DNA of 64,000 nt from Bryobacterales bacterium (GTDB taxonomy: Bacteria > Acidobacteriota > Terriglobia > Bryobacterales > UBA6623): the NCBI GenBank assembly GCA_028819255.1, contig JAPPMB010000041.1, positions 33,575 through 97,574 of the forward strand, in the 5' to 3' direction. Below are positions 17,471 to 27,346 of the stretch, piece after piece (within the stretch, counting starts at the first letter, position 1; each line of letters opens with the position of its first letter). The position numbers were made by a program, and so were the translations under genes. The notes under the pieces are model-generated. The model did not search any database and had not been told where the DNA came from. It worked only from the letters and a program-made list of their open reading frames with translations.

Positions 17471-18940
17471 TCAGGCCGGACCTGCGTCGGCCAGCCTCCC
17501 GGCGGCGTCCTCCCAGCCCTGGGCCGCGCGGGGGTCCGGATCATAATGCGCAAGGTCGAACGACTGCCGCACAATGGCCCGAGCCTCGGCAAGGTCGCCG
17601 ATCCTTCCCGAAGCCATGCCCTGCATCAGGCAGTTCCCGGCAGCGGTTGCCTCCACCGGACCCGCGATCACCGGAACGCCGCACGCGTCGGCGGCGAACT
17701 GGCACAGGAGCCCGTTCCGCGAGCCGCCGCCCACGATGTGCAGCACTTCGGGCCTCCGCCCCGTGATCTCTCCGGCATCGCCCAGAACGGAGCGGTAGCG
17801 CAGTGCGAGGCTCTCGAAGATCGCCCTCGCGAACTCCCCCGTCGACCGGGGCTCGGGCTGGCCGGTTCGGCGGCACGCCTCCGCGATCCGCCCCGGCATG
17901 TCCCCCGGAGGGATGAACTCGGGGGCGTCAACGTCCACCAGCGACCGGAACCGCTCGCACCTGGCTGCGCCCTCAAGCAGCTCGGCATAGTCCGTGCCCA
18001 TCCCGTGCCGGGACCATTCCCGCCGACACTCCTCCAGCAGCCACAGGCCGCAGATGTTCTTGAGCAGTCGCGTGGTCCGGCAGACCCCTCCCTCGTTCGT
18101 GAAGTTCTTCGCCAGGACCTCTGGCGTCACGTGCGGGCGGTCCGACTCCACGCCCAGCAGCGACCAGGTGCCGGAACTCAGGTAGGCCCAGTCCCCATGC
18201 CGGGCGGGGACCGCGGCGACCGCCGAGGCCGTGTCGTGCGTTCCGGGCGCCGTGACGCGCATCGCCGGCAGCCCGCACGCCTCGGCCACCGGGCGGCGGA
18301 GGGCTCCCAGGTCCGTGCCGGGGTCCACCACCTCGCCGAAGATTCCGGTCGGAATCCCGAGAGCCTTCAGCACGGAGTGCGCCCAGTCGCGCCGGCGCGG
18401 ATCGTAGCATTGCGAAGTGGTCGCATCGGTGAACTCGCAGACGCGCTCCCCGGTAAACCAGTAGTGGAAGAGGTCGGGCATCATCAGCAGCGAACTGGCG
18501 CGCTCCAGCGCCGGCCCGCCCTTCATCGCGAAGAGCTGGAAGAGGGAATTGATCTCCATGAACTGGAGGCCGGTGCACTCGAAGATCCGCTCGCGGGAGA
18601 CGACGCCTAAGGCCTCGGCCATCTTGCCCGCGGTGCCTCCGTCCCTGTAGTGGTGCGGATTGCGGATCAGCTCGCCGTCCCGGTCGAGCAGCGCGAAATC
18701 GACGCCCCAAGTGTCGACTCCGAGCGACACGGGCTTGAATCCGGACGCGGCGCCCATGCCGCGGCACATCTCCGCGTAAAGGCGGAGCGGGTCCCAGTGG
18801 AGCCGGCCGAGGACCTCGACTCCCGTGTTCGGAAATCGATGCAGCTCATCCACCCCGATGGTCGAACCGTCGAAGCGGCCCAGCATGACCCGTCCGCTCC
18901 CCGCCCCCAAGTCGATCGCCAGATAGTGTTCCTTCGTCAC
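17471..18940 (-). CDS. rhaB: rhamnulokinase (FGGY carbohydrate kinase)
   Basis: GTG start. AIDLGAGSGRVMLG, LHRFPN, GVDTWGVDFALLD, THDTASAV, YLSSGTWSLLG, NEGG...LLKNICGLWLL and HIVGGGSRN are collinear with E. coli RhaB as I recall it. Confidence 0.8.
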   Translation of the reverse strand: MTKEHYLAIDLGAGSGRVMLGRFDGSTIGVDELHRFPNTGVEVLGRLHWDPLRLYAEMCRGMGAASGFKPVSLGVDTWGVDFALLDRDGELIRNPHHYRDGGTAGKMAEALGVVSRERIFECTGLQFMEINSLFQLFAMKGGPALERASSLLMMPDLFHYWFTGERVCEFTDATTSQCYDPRRRDWAHSVLKALGIPTGIFGEVVDPGTDLGALRRPVAEACGLPAMRVTAPGTHDTASAVAAVPARHGDWAYLSSGTWSLLGVESDRPHVTPEVLAKNFTNEGGVCRTTRLLKNICGLWLLEECRREWSRHGMGTDYAELLEGAARCERFRSLVDVDAPEFIPPGDMPGRIAEACRRTGQPEPRSTGEFARAIFESLALRYRSVLGDAGEITGRRPEVLHIVGGGSRNGLLCQFAADACGVPVIAGPVEATAAGNCLMQGMASGRIGDLAEARAIVRQSFDLAHYDPDPRAAQGWEDAAGRLADAGPA

Positions 18941-19076
18941 ATGACCGCTCGCAATAGCCGCTGATTGTCGCGCAATCTCCCGCAGCTGGGCAAGCCGGGA
19001 CGACGGGAACCCGCGCTGCGGTTCGCGCGTTCAGGGCCTGGCGGACCGCGAATGCCGACCGCACTACGCTGGATGC

Positions 19077-19964
19077 ATGGCGCCGGCTCCCTGGAAGGTC
19101 TCTCTGCATGGCGGCCACTCGGGCGAGTTCTGCGAACATGCCCAGGGCACGCTGCGCGAAATCCTCGACGAGGCCGTCCGGCAGGGATTCGCCGCCTGCG
19201 GCGTGACCGAGCACGCCCCGCGCGCCGAACCGCGATTCCTGTATGCGTCCGAGCGCCAAAAGGGCTACACCGTCGCGCGGCTCGAGCGCGAGTTCGATCG
19301 CTATGCCGGGGAATCCCGCCGCCTCCAGACCGAGTTCGAGGGGCGGCTTGACGTTCTGCGCGGCTTCGAGACGGAGGTTGTTCCTTCTGGCCGCTATGCC
19401 AGCCTGATGCGGAGGATCCGCGACCGGTACGAATTCGATTACGTGGTCGGCTCAGTCCACCACGTCGAGGAGATCCCCATCGACGAGTCTCCCGATCTGC
19501 ACCGCGCCGCAATGGACGCCTGCGGCGGCCTGAGGCCGTTTCTCGTGAAGTACTACGGGCTGGTCCGGGAGATGATCGAGGAACTGCGGCCGGAAGTCGT
19601 CGGACATCTCGACCTGCCCAAGCTGCATTTGCCGCCCGGCGCGGATCTCCCGGACGGACAGGTCCGCGCAGCGGCGGAGAGGGCGATCGAGGCGGCCCGG
19701 TCGAACGGGTGCATTCTCGACCTGAACACGGCGGGCTGGCGCAAGGGGCTTGCCGCACCCTATCCCTCGCCCCGGCTTGTCCAACTGGCGCGGGAAGCCG
19801 GCGTTCCCTTCTGTTTCGGCGACGACAGCCACAGCCGCTCCCACGTCGGCTTCGGCATCGCCAGGGCCCGGGAGTATCTGCTCGCCAACGGTGTCGATTC
19901 GGTCACGGTCCTCGAGCGCCAGGACGGCGAAACAGCCCGGCGCGAAGTGCCGCTGCAGACCTAG
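19077..19964 (+). CDS. HisJ-family PHP histidinol-phosphatase-like protein
   Basis: SLHGGHSGEFCEHA, CGVTEHAPR, GSVHH, GHLD, FGDDSHS: the PHP-domain His/Asp pattern of the HisJ/HisK family. Confidence 0.65.
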   Translation: MAPAPWKVSLHGGHSGEFCEHAQGTLREILDEAVRQGFAACGVTEHAPRAEPRFLYASERQKGYTVARLEREFDRYAGESRRLQTEFEGRLDVLRGFETEVVPSGRYASLMRRIRDRYEFDYVVGSVHHVEEIPIDESPDLHRAAMDACGGLRPFLVKYYGLVREMIEELRPEVVGHLDLPKLHLPPGADLPDGQVRAAAERAIEAARSNGCILDLNTAGWRKGLAAPYPSPRLVQLAREAGVPFCFGDDSHSRSHVGFGIARAREYLLANGVDSVTVLERQDGETARREVPLQT

Positions 19965-20087
19965 GGGCCGAGGTCCATAGTACAATTGGGATCGGGCCTC
20001 GCAGCTTCGGGGTTCACCTCCGGCGGCGCCGTTGGCTCGGCAGCCGCCGCCAGCGCCCCGCACGAGGGGACTCGCCACACTCCAGCC

Positions 20088-22031
20088 ATGCTGAAGCTAT
20101 TCCGGAACCAGGGCAAGACCCTGCGGTGGATCATGGGCAGCCTGCTGTTCCTGATCGCCGCCTCGATGATCATCACGCTCATTCCGAACGTGTTCGGCCC
20201 CGCAGGGCCCGCCAGCGGGGACGTGCTCGCGGAGGTGGACGGACTGGCCGTCACGACGCGGGATGTGGAAATCGAGTTGCGCCAGCAGCGCGCCAGCGGC
20301 ATGCCGGACGAGGCGATCTCGATGATGGCGGGCACCCTGATCGAGAACCTCATCGCGGAAAAAGTCCTTCTCTCCGAGGCCGCCGCCCTGGGGCTCGTGC
20401 CCACCGACGAGGACATCGCAAGGTGGCTTCGCGACTTCCTTCCCGATGTCCTGTTCCCGGACGGCAAGTTCATCGGCGCCCGGGCCTATGAGGGGTTCGT
20501 GCGCCAGCAGTTCCGACGGACGGTCGCCGAATTCGAGCGCGAGGTGCTCTACAACCTCGCGATCGACCTGCGGCTCAGGCGGATGGTGACCGACAGTGTC
20601 GGCGTGACCGAGGAGGAGGTCAGGCGCCGGTTCCACCACCAGAGCGACAGCGTCAGCATCGAGTGGGCGGCGGTCGAGTCCGACGACCTGCGCGGCGATG
20701 TCAGGCCGACTCCCGAACAGCTGCGCGAGTACTTCGACTCGAACCAGCTGCGCTACCGCCACCCCGAACGGCGGCCGCTGAAGCTGATGACGGTCGGCCC
20801 CGAGGCGGGGGCCGCCGAGTACGAGATCACGGAGCCGGAGATCGAACTGTACTACTCGCAGAACGAGTACCGATTCGAGCAGCCGGAGCGCGTCAAGGCC
20901 CGGCACATCCTGTTCATGACGATGGACAAGACGGAGGAAGAGACCGAGCAGGCCAGAAGGAGCGCGGAGAGCGTCCTCGAGCAGCTGGAGGCCGGCGGAA
21001 ACTTCTCAGAGCTGGCCCGGGAGCACTCCGAGGACCCCGGCAACGCGGACAGCGGCGGCGACCTCGGCTGGTTCAGCCGCGGCATGATGGACCCCGCCTT
21101 CGAGGACGCCGCGTTCGCGCTGCAGGTCGGCGGCACCACCCCGGAGCCGGTCAAGTCCGAATTCGGCTACCACCTGATTCGCGTCGACGAACGGGAAAGC
21201 GGCAGCGTGAAGCCGCTCAGCGAGGTGCGCGACGTGATCCGCGCCGACCTGCAGGCCGAGAGGTCCCAGAACGACCGCTACGCCCTCATGGAGAACGCCA
21301 TGGCGGCGGCGGAACAGGCGGGAACCGCGCTCGAGACGATCGCCTTGCGGCTCGACCTTCCCTTCCAGGAGTTTCCCGCGTTCAGCCGCTCGGAGCTTCC
21401 CGACTCCCTGCCGAAGGCTGCCGCACTCGTGGAGGCCGTGTTCGAGGAGCGGGCCGGAGAGGTCTTCACCGTCGCGCACGAGAGCACACTCTACATCGGC
21501 ATCGTGTCCGAGGCGGTCCCGGCGCGAAACGCCGAGTACGAGGAAGTCGCGGGAAGGGTGCGGGAGGACTACATTGACACCGAGGCCGCGAACCTGGCGC
21601 GCCAGGGCGCCGAGGAGATCGCGAACACGGTCCGCGAAGGATCCGCCAACCTCGGGGCTGCGGCCCGGCTCGCCGGACTGACTCCCGCGACGACCGAATT
21701 CGTTGCGCGCGGCGGGGACATCGAGGACCTCGGCCCCGTCAGCGCCCTTGGCGACGAAGTCTTTGTGAGCACGGACGGGCAGCTGCAGGGTCCCGTCGCG
21801 GTCGGAAACCGCTGGGTCGTGTTCCGCACCGTCGAGCTGCGCGAGGCGGACGAGTCCGCCCTCGCAACGGAGAGCGGCCCCATTCGGGAGGCGCTCCTGG
21901 CAGAGAAGCAGAGCCAGATCTTCGAGTACTACCGGGCCCAGAAGGTCCGCGAGTACGCGGAGACCGGGCTGCTGGTCCGTTACGCGGACCGAATTCAGTC
22001 CTACGTGCGGTCAATGCAGAGCGCCACGTAG
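20088..22031 (+). CDS. membrane-anchored parvulin-type peptidyl-prolyl isomerase (PpiD/SurA-like)
   Basis: I chose the start at MLKLFRNQGKTLRWIMGSLLFLIAASMII (N-terminal TM anchor). Parvulin core VKARHILF...GGDLGWFSRGMMDPAFEDAAF...SEFGYHLIRV. Confidence 0.7.
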   Translation: MLKLFRNQGKTLRWIMGSLLFLIAASMIITLIPNVFGPAGPASGDVLAEVDGLAVTTRDVEIELRQQRASGMPDEAISMMAGTLIENLIAEKVLLSEAAALGLVPTDEDIARWLRDFLPDVLFPDGKFIGARAYEGFVRQQFRRTVAEFEREVLYNLAIDLRLRRMVTDSVGVTEEEVRRRFHHQSDSVSIEWAAVESDDLRGDVRPTPEQLREYFDSNQLRYRHPERRPLKLMTVGPEAGAAEYEITEPEIELYYSQNEYRFEQPERVKARHILFMTMDKTEEETEQARRSAESVLEQLEAGGNFSELAREHSEDPGNADSGGDLGWFSRGMMDPAFEDAAFALQVGGTTPEPVKSEFGYHLIRVDERESGSVKPLSEVRDVIRADLQAERSQNDRYALMENAMAAAEQAGTALETIALRLDLPFQEFPAFSRSELPDSLPKAAALVEAVFEERAGEVFTVAHESTLYIGIVSEAVPARNAEYEEVAGRVREDYIDTEAANLARQGAEEIANTVREGSANLGAAARLAGLTPATTEFVARGGDIEDLGPVSALGDEVFVSTDGQLQGPVAVGNRWVVFRTVELREADESALATESGPIREALLAEKQSQIFEYYRAQKVREYAETGLLVRYADRIQSYVRSMQSAT

Positions 22032-22056
22032 CCCCCCGGGAGGCGCATCCCCAATC

Positions 22057-23334
22057 ATGCGGATCCAGAAGCTCGTTCCCGTCCAGCAGGAATTCCCCGA
22101 CCGCGGGCTGCGCGATGTCGGAGAGGCGGTCCGGCGGCAGATGGAACAGGCCGGGTGGACACGGAAGGTCCGTCCCGGCAGTCGCATCGCGGTGGGGGTC
22201 GGAAGCCGGGGAATCCGCAACATCGCGACGATCGCGAGGGCGGTGGTCGACTTCTGGAAGTCGCGAGGCGTCAGGCCCTTCATCATTCCCGTCATGGGCA
22301 GCCACGGGGCGGCGACTGCGGAGGGCCAGGCCGAGGTGCTGGCCCACTACGGCATCGACGAAGCCACCATGGGCGCACCGGTCGAGAGCTCGCTCGATGT
22401 CGTGCGCGCCGGAACCACCCCGGAGGGCATCGAGGTGTCCATGGACCGGCTTGCGTTCGAGAGCGACGGCGTCATGCTCTGCGGAAGGCTCAAGTGGCAC
22501 ACCGACTTCGAGGGGCCGCTGGAGAGCGGCATCCACAAGATGATGGCGATCGGCCTCGGCAAGTGGGCAGGCGCGAAGCGCTATCACAGCTGGGCACTCC
22601 GGATCGGCATGGGCCAGGTCGTCCGCAGCGTCGGGGCGACCGTCCTGGGCACGGGCAAGATGCTCGGCGGGATGGCGATCCTCGAGGACGCCCACCACAA
22701 CACCGCGGAGGTCCACGCCCTCGGCGCCGAAGGCATGGCGGAACAGGAAGAGCGGCTGCTTGCGCGGGTGAAGTCCTGGAAGCCGAACCTTCCCGCCAGG
22801 GAGATCGACCTCCTGATCGTGGACGAGATCGGCAAGGACATCAGCGGCGCCGGGATGGACACCAAGGTGGTGAACCGCGGCGGGCCGCACGGGCCGAACA
22901 GCTGGAGCGGCGTGCCGGCCGTGAACCGGATCTTCATTCGCGACCTCAGCGGAAACACCTACGGCAACGCGATCGGCATGGGGCTGGCGGACATGGCCCA
23001 CGACCGGCTCGTGAGAAAGGTCGACTTCCCGGCGACGTGGATCAACGCCCTGACCTCGTCGGTCACTACGCCCGCCTTCACGCCGCTCCACTATCCCACC
23101 GACAGGGAGTGCATCGAGCGCGTGCTCGCGACCTGCGGCAAGATCGACACCGCGGAGTGCACCGTGGCGTGGATCCTCAACACGCTCCGGCTTTCGCGCC
23201 TGCTGGTCAGCGAGAACCTGCTTCCGGAGTTGGCCGCCAACCCCGCGATCCACGTGATGGGCGAACCGGCGGAACTGCCGTTCGATGCGGCCGGGGACCT
23301 GATCAGCCCGTTCGATCCGGCCATCGCTGCGTGA
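22057..23334 (+). CDS. DUF2088 / LarA-N-like domain protein (function uncertain)
   Basis: GSRIAVGVGSRGIRNI...PFIIPVMGSHGAATAEGQAEVLAHYGI...LKWHTDFEGPLESGIHKMMAIGLGK matches my recollection of the lactate-racemase-domain family. I could not verify this by search. Confidence 0.5.
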   Translation: MRIQKLVPVQQEFPDRGLRDVGEAVRRQMEQAGWTRKVRPGSRIAVGVGSRGIRNIATIARAVVDFWKSRGVRPFIIPVMGSHGAATAEGQAEVLAHYGIDEATMGAPVESSLDVVRAGTTPEGIEVSMDRLAFESDGVMLCGRLKWHTDFEGPLESGIHKMMAIGLGKWAGAKRYHSWALRIGMGQVVRSVGATVLGTGKMLGGMAILEDAHHNTAEVHALGAEGMAEQEERLLARVKSWKPNLPAREIDLLIVDEIGKDISGAGMDTKVVNRGGPHGPNSWSGVPAVNRIFIRDLSGNTYGNAIGMGLADMAHDRLVRKVDFPATWINALTSSVTTPAFTPLHYPTDRECIERVLATCGKIDTAECTVAWILNTLRLSRLLVSENLLPELAANPAIHVMGEPAELPFDAAGDLISPFDPAIAA

Positions 23335-23405
23335 CCGCCCCCTCTCCCGCCCAAGCCGCCCGGAGACCTCGACCTGCGCTGCAGGAAGAACATAGGTAAG
23401 GCGGC

Positions 23406-24242
23406 ATGGACCTGCGCAAGGCGGCAATCCTTGCCCTGGTCCAGGCAGTCACGGAATTCCTTCCGATCAGCAGTTCCGCGCACCTGGTGCTGGTCCGATG
23501 GCTGCTGGGATGGGACGATCCCGGGCTGGCCTTTGACGTCGCGCTGCACTTCGGCACGCTGCTGGCGCTCACCGCATACTTCGCGCGGACCTGGACGCGG
23601 ATTCTCGGCCTTGGAATCGGATGGCGGCCCCAGGAGCCGCCCCGCAGCCACCCGGATCGGGACCTGCACGCGAATCCGCGGCTGCTCTGGTTCCTCGCAG
23701 CGGCGACGCTGCCGGCCGCATGCGCCGGCCTTGCGCTGCAGGAGGCCGTGGAGACGCATCTGCGCAGCCCGTTCGTGATCGGCTCGATGCTGGTCGCGGT
23801 GGGAATCGTGATCTGGCAGGCCGAGCGCGCCGGGCAGCTGCGCAAGGAACTGGACCGTCTGCCCTTTGCGGGCGCGCTGGCCATCGGCTGCGCTCAGACG
23901 CTGGCACTCGTTCCCGGCACGTCGCGATCCGGGATCACGATCGCGGCCGGCCTGTTTCTGGGATTGACCAGACAGGCCGCGGCCCGCTTCTCGTTCCTGC
24001 TGGCGATGCCGGTGGTTCTCGGAGCGAGCCTGAAGACCGGCCTGGATCTCTTCGCCGCAGACCGGCCTGCGGCGCCCGAACTCGCTCACCTGGCAGTCGG
24101 AGTGGCGGTCAGCGCGGTCGCCGGGTACGCCGTCATCTCGGTCTTCCTGCGATACCTCCAGCGCTCGACGATGGCGCCGTTTGTGTGGTATCGCCTGACG
24201 TTTGGGATAATCGTGCTGGTTCTGGCCGGCACGGAGCTCTAG
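23406..24242 (+). CDS. uppP: undecaprenyl-diphosphate phosphatase
   Basis: VQAVTEFLPISSSAHL and PGTSRSGITI motifs. Polytopic, 278 aa. Confidence 0.9.
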   Translation: MDLRKAAILALVQAVTEFLPISSSAHLVLVRWLLGWDDPGLAFDVALHFGTLLALTAYFARTWTRILGLGIGWRPQEPPRSHPDRDLHANPRLLWFLAAATLPAACAGLALQEAVETHLRSPFVIGSMLVAVGIVIWQAERAGQLRKELDRLPFAGALAIGCAQTLALVPGTSRSGITIAAGLFLGLTRQAAARFSFLLAMPVVLGASLKTGLDLFAADRPAAPELAHLAVGVAVSAVAGYAVISVFLRYLQRSTMAPFVWYRLTFGIIVLVLAGTEL

Positions 24243-24271
24243 CAGATTCCGTACGGCGCCGAGTAGAGCGG

Positions 24272-26542
24272 ATGCGGATCAGGCTTCCCCTTCACAATTC
24301 CCGCCTGAACGAAATGGTGGGGATTCTGACGCTGCTGCTCTCGATCGGCGTGCTGTTCTGCCTTCTCACCTATTCGCCGCTGGACCCTTCAGCCAATGTC
24401 GCCACGGACGCGCCCCGCGCAACCAACTGGATGGGCTTGCCGGGAGCCTTCGTCGCCGACCTGGTCCTGCAGGCGCTGGGCATTGTCGGCTTCCTGATCC
24501 CGGTCTGGCTGGGACTGGTCGGACTGGGCCGTGTTCGCAGCGTCACCCGCGACCACCTGGGGCGGCGGATGGCGGGCGGAATGCTGCTGACGCTGGTGCT
24601 CTGCTGTGCGCTTCAGCTCGGCGGCCGCCCGGTCGAGGCGCTGATGCCGGAGAAGTGGGACGGCACCGTCCGGGCCGGAGGCGTGGTGGGAATGGTCGCC
24701 GTTGAGGCCTCGACATCCTTGCTCAACGTGGGAGGCACCCTGCTGCTGATGCTGGCCTTCACCGCAGGCGGCCTCTACTTGATGACCTCGCTGCGCGTCG
24801 CGGACATCTTCGGCCGTCGGGAGAAAACCGGAACGGCGGAAGAGCCGCCCGACGACGTTCCGGAAGAGGAAGAGGAAGGGGAGACTACGGTCATTCCGGT
24901 GGCGCACCGGATCGACAGCACCCAGTCCCTGCCGGAGCCGCCCCCGCTGCCGGGCCCCGGAGGTCCCACGTGGGAGAGCGCGACCACGATGGAGAGCGCG
25001 GAGGGCGTCCCGTTCGGGGAAACCCTGCCCGGCTCACCCATCGGACGCTCGCTGGGGAGCGCGGTCAACCGACCCGAGCCCAACGCCTCGGGAGTCCTGT
25101 CGATGGGCAGGAGCACGGTGCCGGAATACGTGCTTCCGAACAGCGATCTGCTCAACCGGCCTAAGGGGCGGGAGCCGTACGACGAGGCGCAGCTGCAGGC
25201 GAGAGCCCGTTTGATCGTGGAGAAGTTCGCGGAGTTCGGAGCCATGGGCTCTGTCGCCCAGATTAATCCCGGACCGGTGGTGACGACCTTCGAATTCAAA
25301 CCGGACCGGGGAATCAAGTACAGCAAGGTCGTGAACCTTTCCGAGGATCTCTGCCTCGCCCTCGAGTGCGAGTCCGTCCTGGTGGAGAGAATTCCGGGCA
25401 AATCCACGGTCGGCGTGGAAGTGCCGAACACCAAGCGCGAGATCATCTCGTTCCGGGAGGTTGTCGACTCGGGCGCCTTCCGGCAGTCCAAGTCCATGCT
25501 GACGTTCGCTCTGGGCAAGGACATCAACGGGAAGATTCACTGCACGGATCTGGCGAGCATGCCGCACCTGCTCGTCGCCGGCCAGACGGGCTCCGGCAAG
25601 AGCGTGATGGTGAACTGCGTGATCATGTCGATCCTGCTGCGCGCCACGCCTGACGACGTGCGACTGATTCTTGTCGACCCGAAGACCGTGGAGCTCGGAC
25701 TGTACAGGGACGTCCCGCACCTGCTCACACCGGTCATCACCGACGTGAAGGTTGCGACCAACGCCCTCAAGAACGCGACCCGCGAGATGGAGCGGCGGCT
25801 CCAGCTGCTTGCACAGCACGGCGTGCGGAACATCAGCCAGTTCAACGAGAAGGTTGCGGGCACAACGAACGATCAGGAAGAGCCCGTCCCGAGACTACCC
25901 TTCATCGTCGTGATCGTCGACGAGCTTGCGGACCTGATGATGCTTGCAGGCCGACAGGTCGAGGAATCGATTCAGAGGCTCGCCCAGATGGCCCGCGCGG
26001 TGGGCATCCACCTGCTCCTGGCCACCCAGCGACCGAGCGTGGACGTCATCACGGGCCTGATCAAGGCGAACATCCCGGCCAGGCTCTCGTTCCTTCTCGC
26101 CACTCGCGTGGACTCGCGCACCATCCTTGACTCCATGGGCGCCGAGTCTCTGCTCGGAAAGGGCGACATGCTGTTCCTGCCGCCCGGCGTGGCCCGCAGA
26201 ACCCGGCTGCACGGGCCGCTGGTGCTGGAGGACGAGATCGAGAGGGTCGTCTCCTACTGGAAGGACCAGGCGGATCCGAGATACGAGAACGACTACCTGG
26301 AAGCGCCCGAAGGGGAGGGCAAGACGGACATGAAGGGCGAGGCCGGACTCGAGGATCCGATGTACAGGACCGCCGTCCAGCTCGTGCTGGAAATGGGAAA
26401 GGCCTCCACCTCGACCCTGCAGCGCCGGCTTCGGCTCGGCTACGGACGGGCCGCACGCATCCTCGACGCAATGGAACGGGAGGGGATCATCGGCCCTCCG
26501 GACGGTAGCCGGCCCCGAGAGGTCCTCAAGCGCCCCGGCTGA
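24272..26542 (+). CDS. ftsK: DNA translocase FtsK
   Basis: N-terminal TM helices. Motor domain LLVAGQTGSGKSVMVN, IVVIVDELADLMM, LATQRPSVDVITG. C-terminal gamma domain STSTLQRRLRLGYGRAARILDAME. I chose the start at MRIRLPL; the ORF track extends upstream over uppP. Confidence 0.9.
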   Translation: MRIRLPLHNSRLNEMVGILTLLLSIGVLFCLLTYSPLDPSANVATDAPRATNWMGLPGAFVADLVLQALGIVGFLIPVWLGLVGLGRVRSVTRDHLGRRMAGGMLLTLVLCCALQLGGRPVEALMPEKWDGTVRAGGVVGMVAVEASTSLLNVGGTLLLMLAFTAGGLYLMTSLRVADIFGRREKTGTAEEPPDDVPEEEEEGETTVIPVAHRIDSTQSLPEPPPLPGPGGPTWESATTMESAEGVPFGETLPGSPIGRSLGSAVNRPEPNASGVLSMGRSTVPEYVLPNSDLLNRPKGREPYDEAQLQARARLIVEKFAEFGAMGSVAQINPGPVVTTFEFKPDRGIKYSKVVNLSEDLCLALECESVLVERIPGKSTVGVEVPNTKREIISFREVVDSGAFRQSKSMLTFALGKDINGKIHCTDLASMPHLLVAGQTGSGKSVMVNCVIMSILLRATPDDVRLILVDPKTVELGLYRDVPHLLTPVITDVKVATNALKNATREMERRLQLLAQHGVRNISQFNEKVAGTTNDQEEPVPRLPFIVVIVDELADLMMLAGRQVEESIQRLAQMARAVGIHLLLATQRPSVDVITGLIKANIPARLSFLLATRVDSRTILDSMGAESLLGKGDMLFLPPGVARRTRLHGPLVLEDEIERVVSYWKDQADPRYENDYLEAPEGEGKTDMKGEAGLEDPMYRTAVQLVLEMGKASTSTLQRRLRLGYGRAARILDAMEREGIIGPPDGSRPREVLKRPG

Positions 26543-26587
26543 CCGCGCCGGCAGCGAGCCGTTCGGAGTCGAGCGGGGCGGGGACTG

Positions 26588-27346
26588 CTACAACCTCCCG
26601 GCACCCGGAAGGCTACGTGCCTCCTGCGAGCGCACCGAGTACACGGCATGAGCGGCGGTCTCTGCCAAGTGTCGGGCGAACGGACCACGGTATCGAAACC
26701 GCCGATGCCGACCGCCCCTCTGCGCGAGGACGAGTTCCGCACACGCGTGCCGGTCGACATCCCTCTCACGGACAGGCGGCTGCTTGGCCTCGGACACGTA
26801 GACCGGAACGTAATCCTCGCCATCCACAAGGATCCGCTCGATACCGTCGACACGGAGGGCGGAATGCACTTCGCCGTCCGCGCCGCGAGGCACGAGAAGC
26901 AGGTGAGGCCCCCGCAGCATCAGGTAGAGCGGGGTGCCGACCGCCAGCCTGTCAACCCCATCGGCGCCGGCGTCCCCGGCCCACTCTCCGCCGTTCAGAA
27001 AATACTCCGCACCCAGCACCCGCTGGACGCGGCGCTCGCGATCCGGGTCGACGGTCCTCCGCAACAGGATCGCCAGCGCGGCCGGGACCAGGGCAAGGGC
27101 GCGCCACGAGCCGACCGGCTGCACGGCAGCCGCCAATGCCGCCAAGAGCAGGACCGCCCGGACCCAGATCCAATGGCGCGTCCGGCGCAGGGCACGCAGA
27201 CGCGGGACGACCAGGACCACGGAGAGCAGCAGCCGGATGAGGACGGACGAACCATCGGTTTCCGGCTCCTCGGGGCCTTCCCGGCCGGCGCCAAGCCTTG
27301 GGTCCGCCCGCCGAATCCGCGGCGGGCGGCTGCCCGGACGCATCAT
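26588..27346 (-). CDS. membrane protein of unknown function, translationally coupled to glmM
   Basis: ATGATG at 27346 overlaps the glmM TGA (ATGA). Two hydrophobic helices (LIRLLLSVVLVV, AVLLLAALAAAV..LALVPAALAILL), then a ~140-aa soluble domain. No family recognised. Confidence 0.5.
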   Translation of the reverse strand: MMRPGSRPPRIRRADPRLGAGREGPEEPETDGSSVLIRLLLSVVLVVPRLRALRRTRHWIWVRAVLLLAALAAAVQPVGSWRALALVPAALAILLRRTVDPDRERRVQRVLGAEYFLNGGEWAGDAGADGVDRLAVGTPLYLMLRGPHLLLVPRGADGEVHSALRVDGIERILVDGEDYVPVYVSEAKQPPVRERDVDRHACAELVLAQRGGRHRRFRYRGPFARHLAETAAHAVYSVRSQEARSLPGAGRL

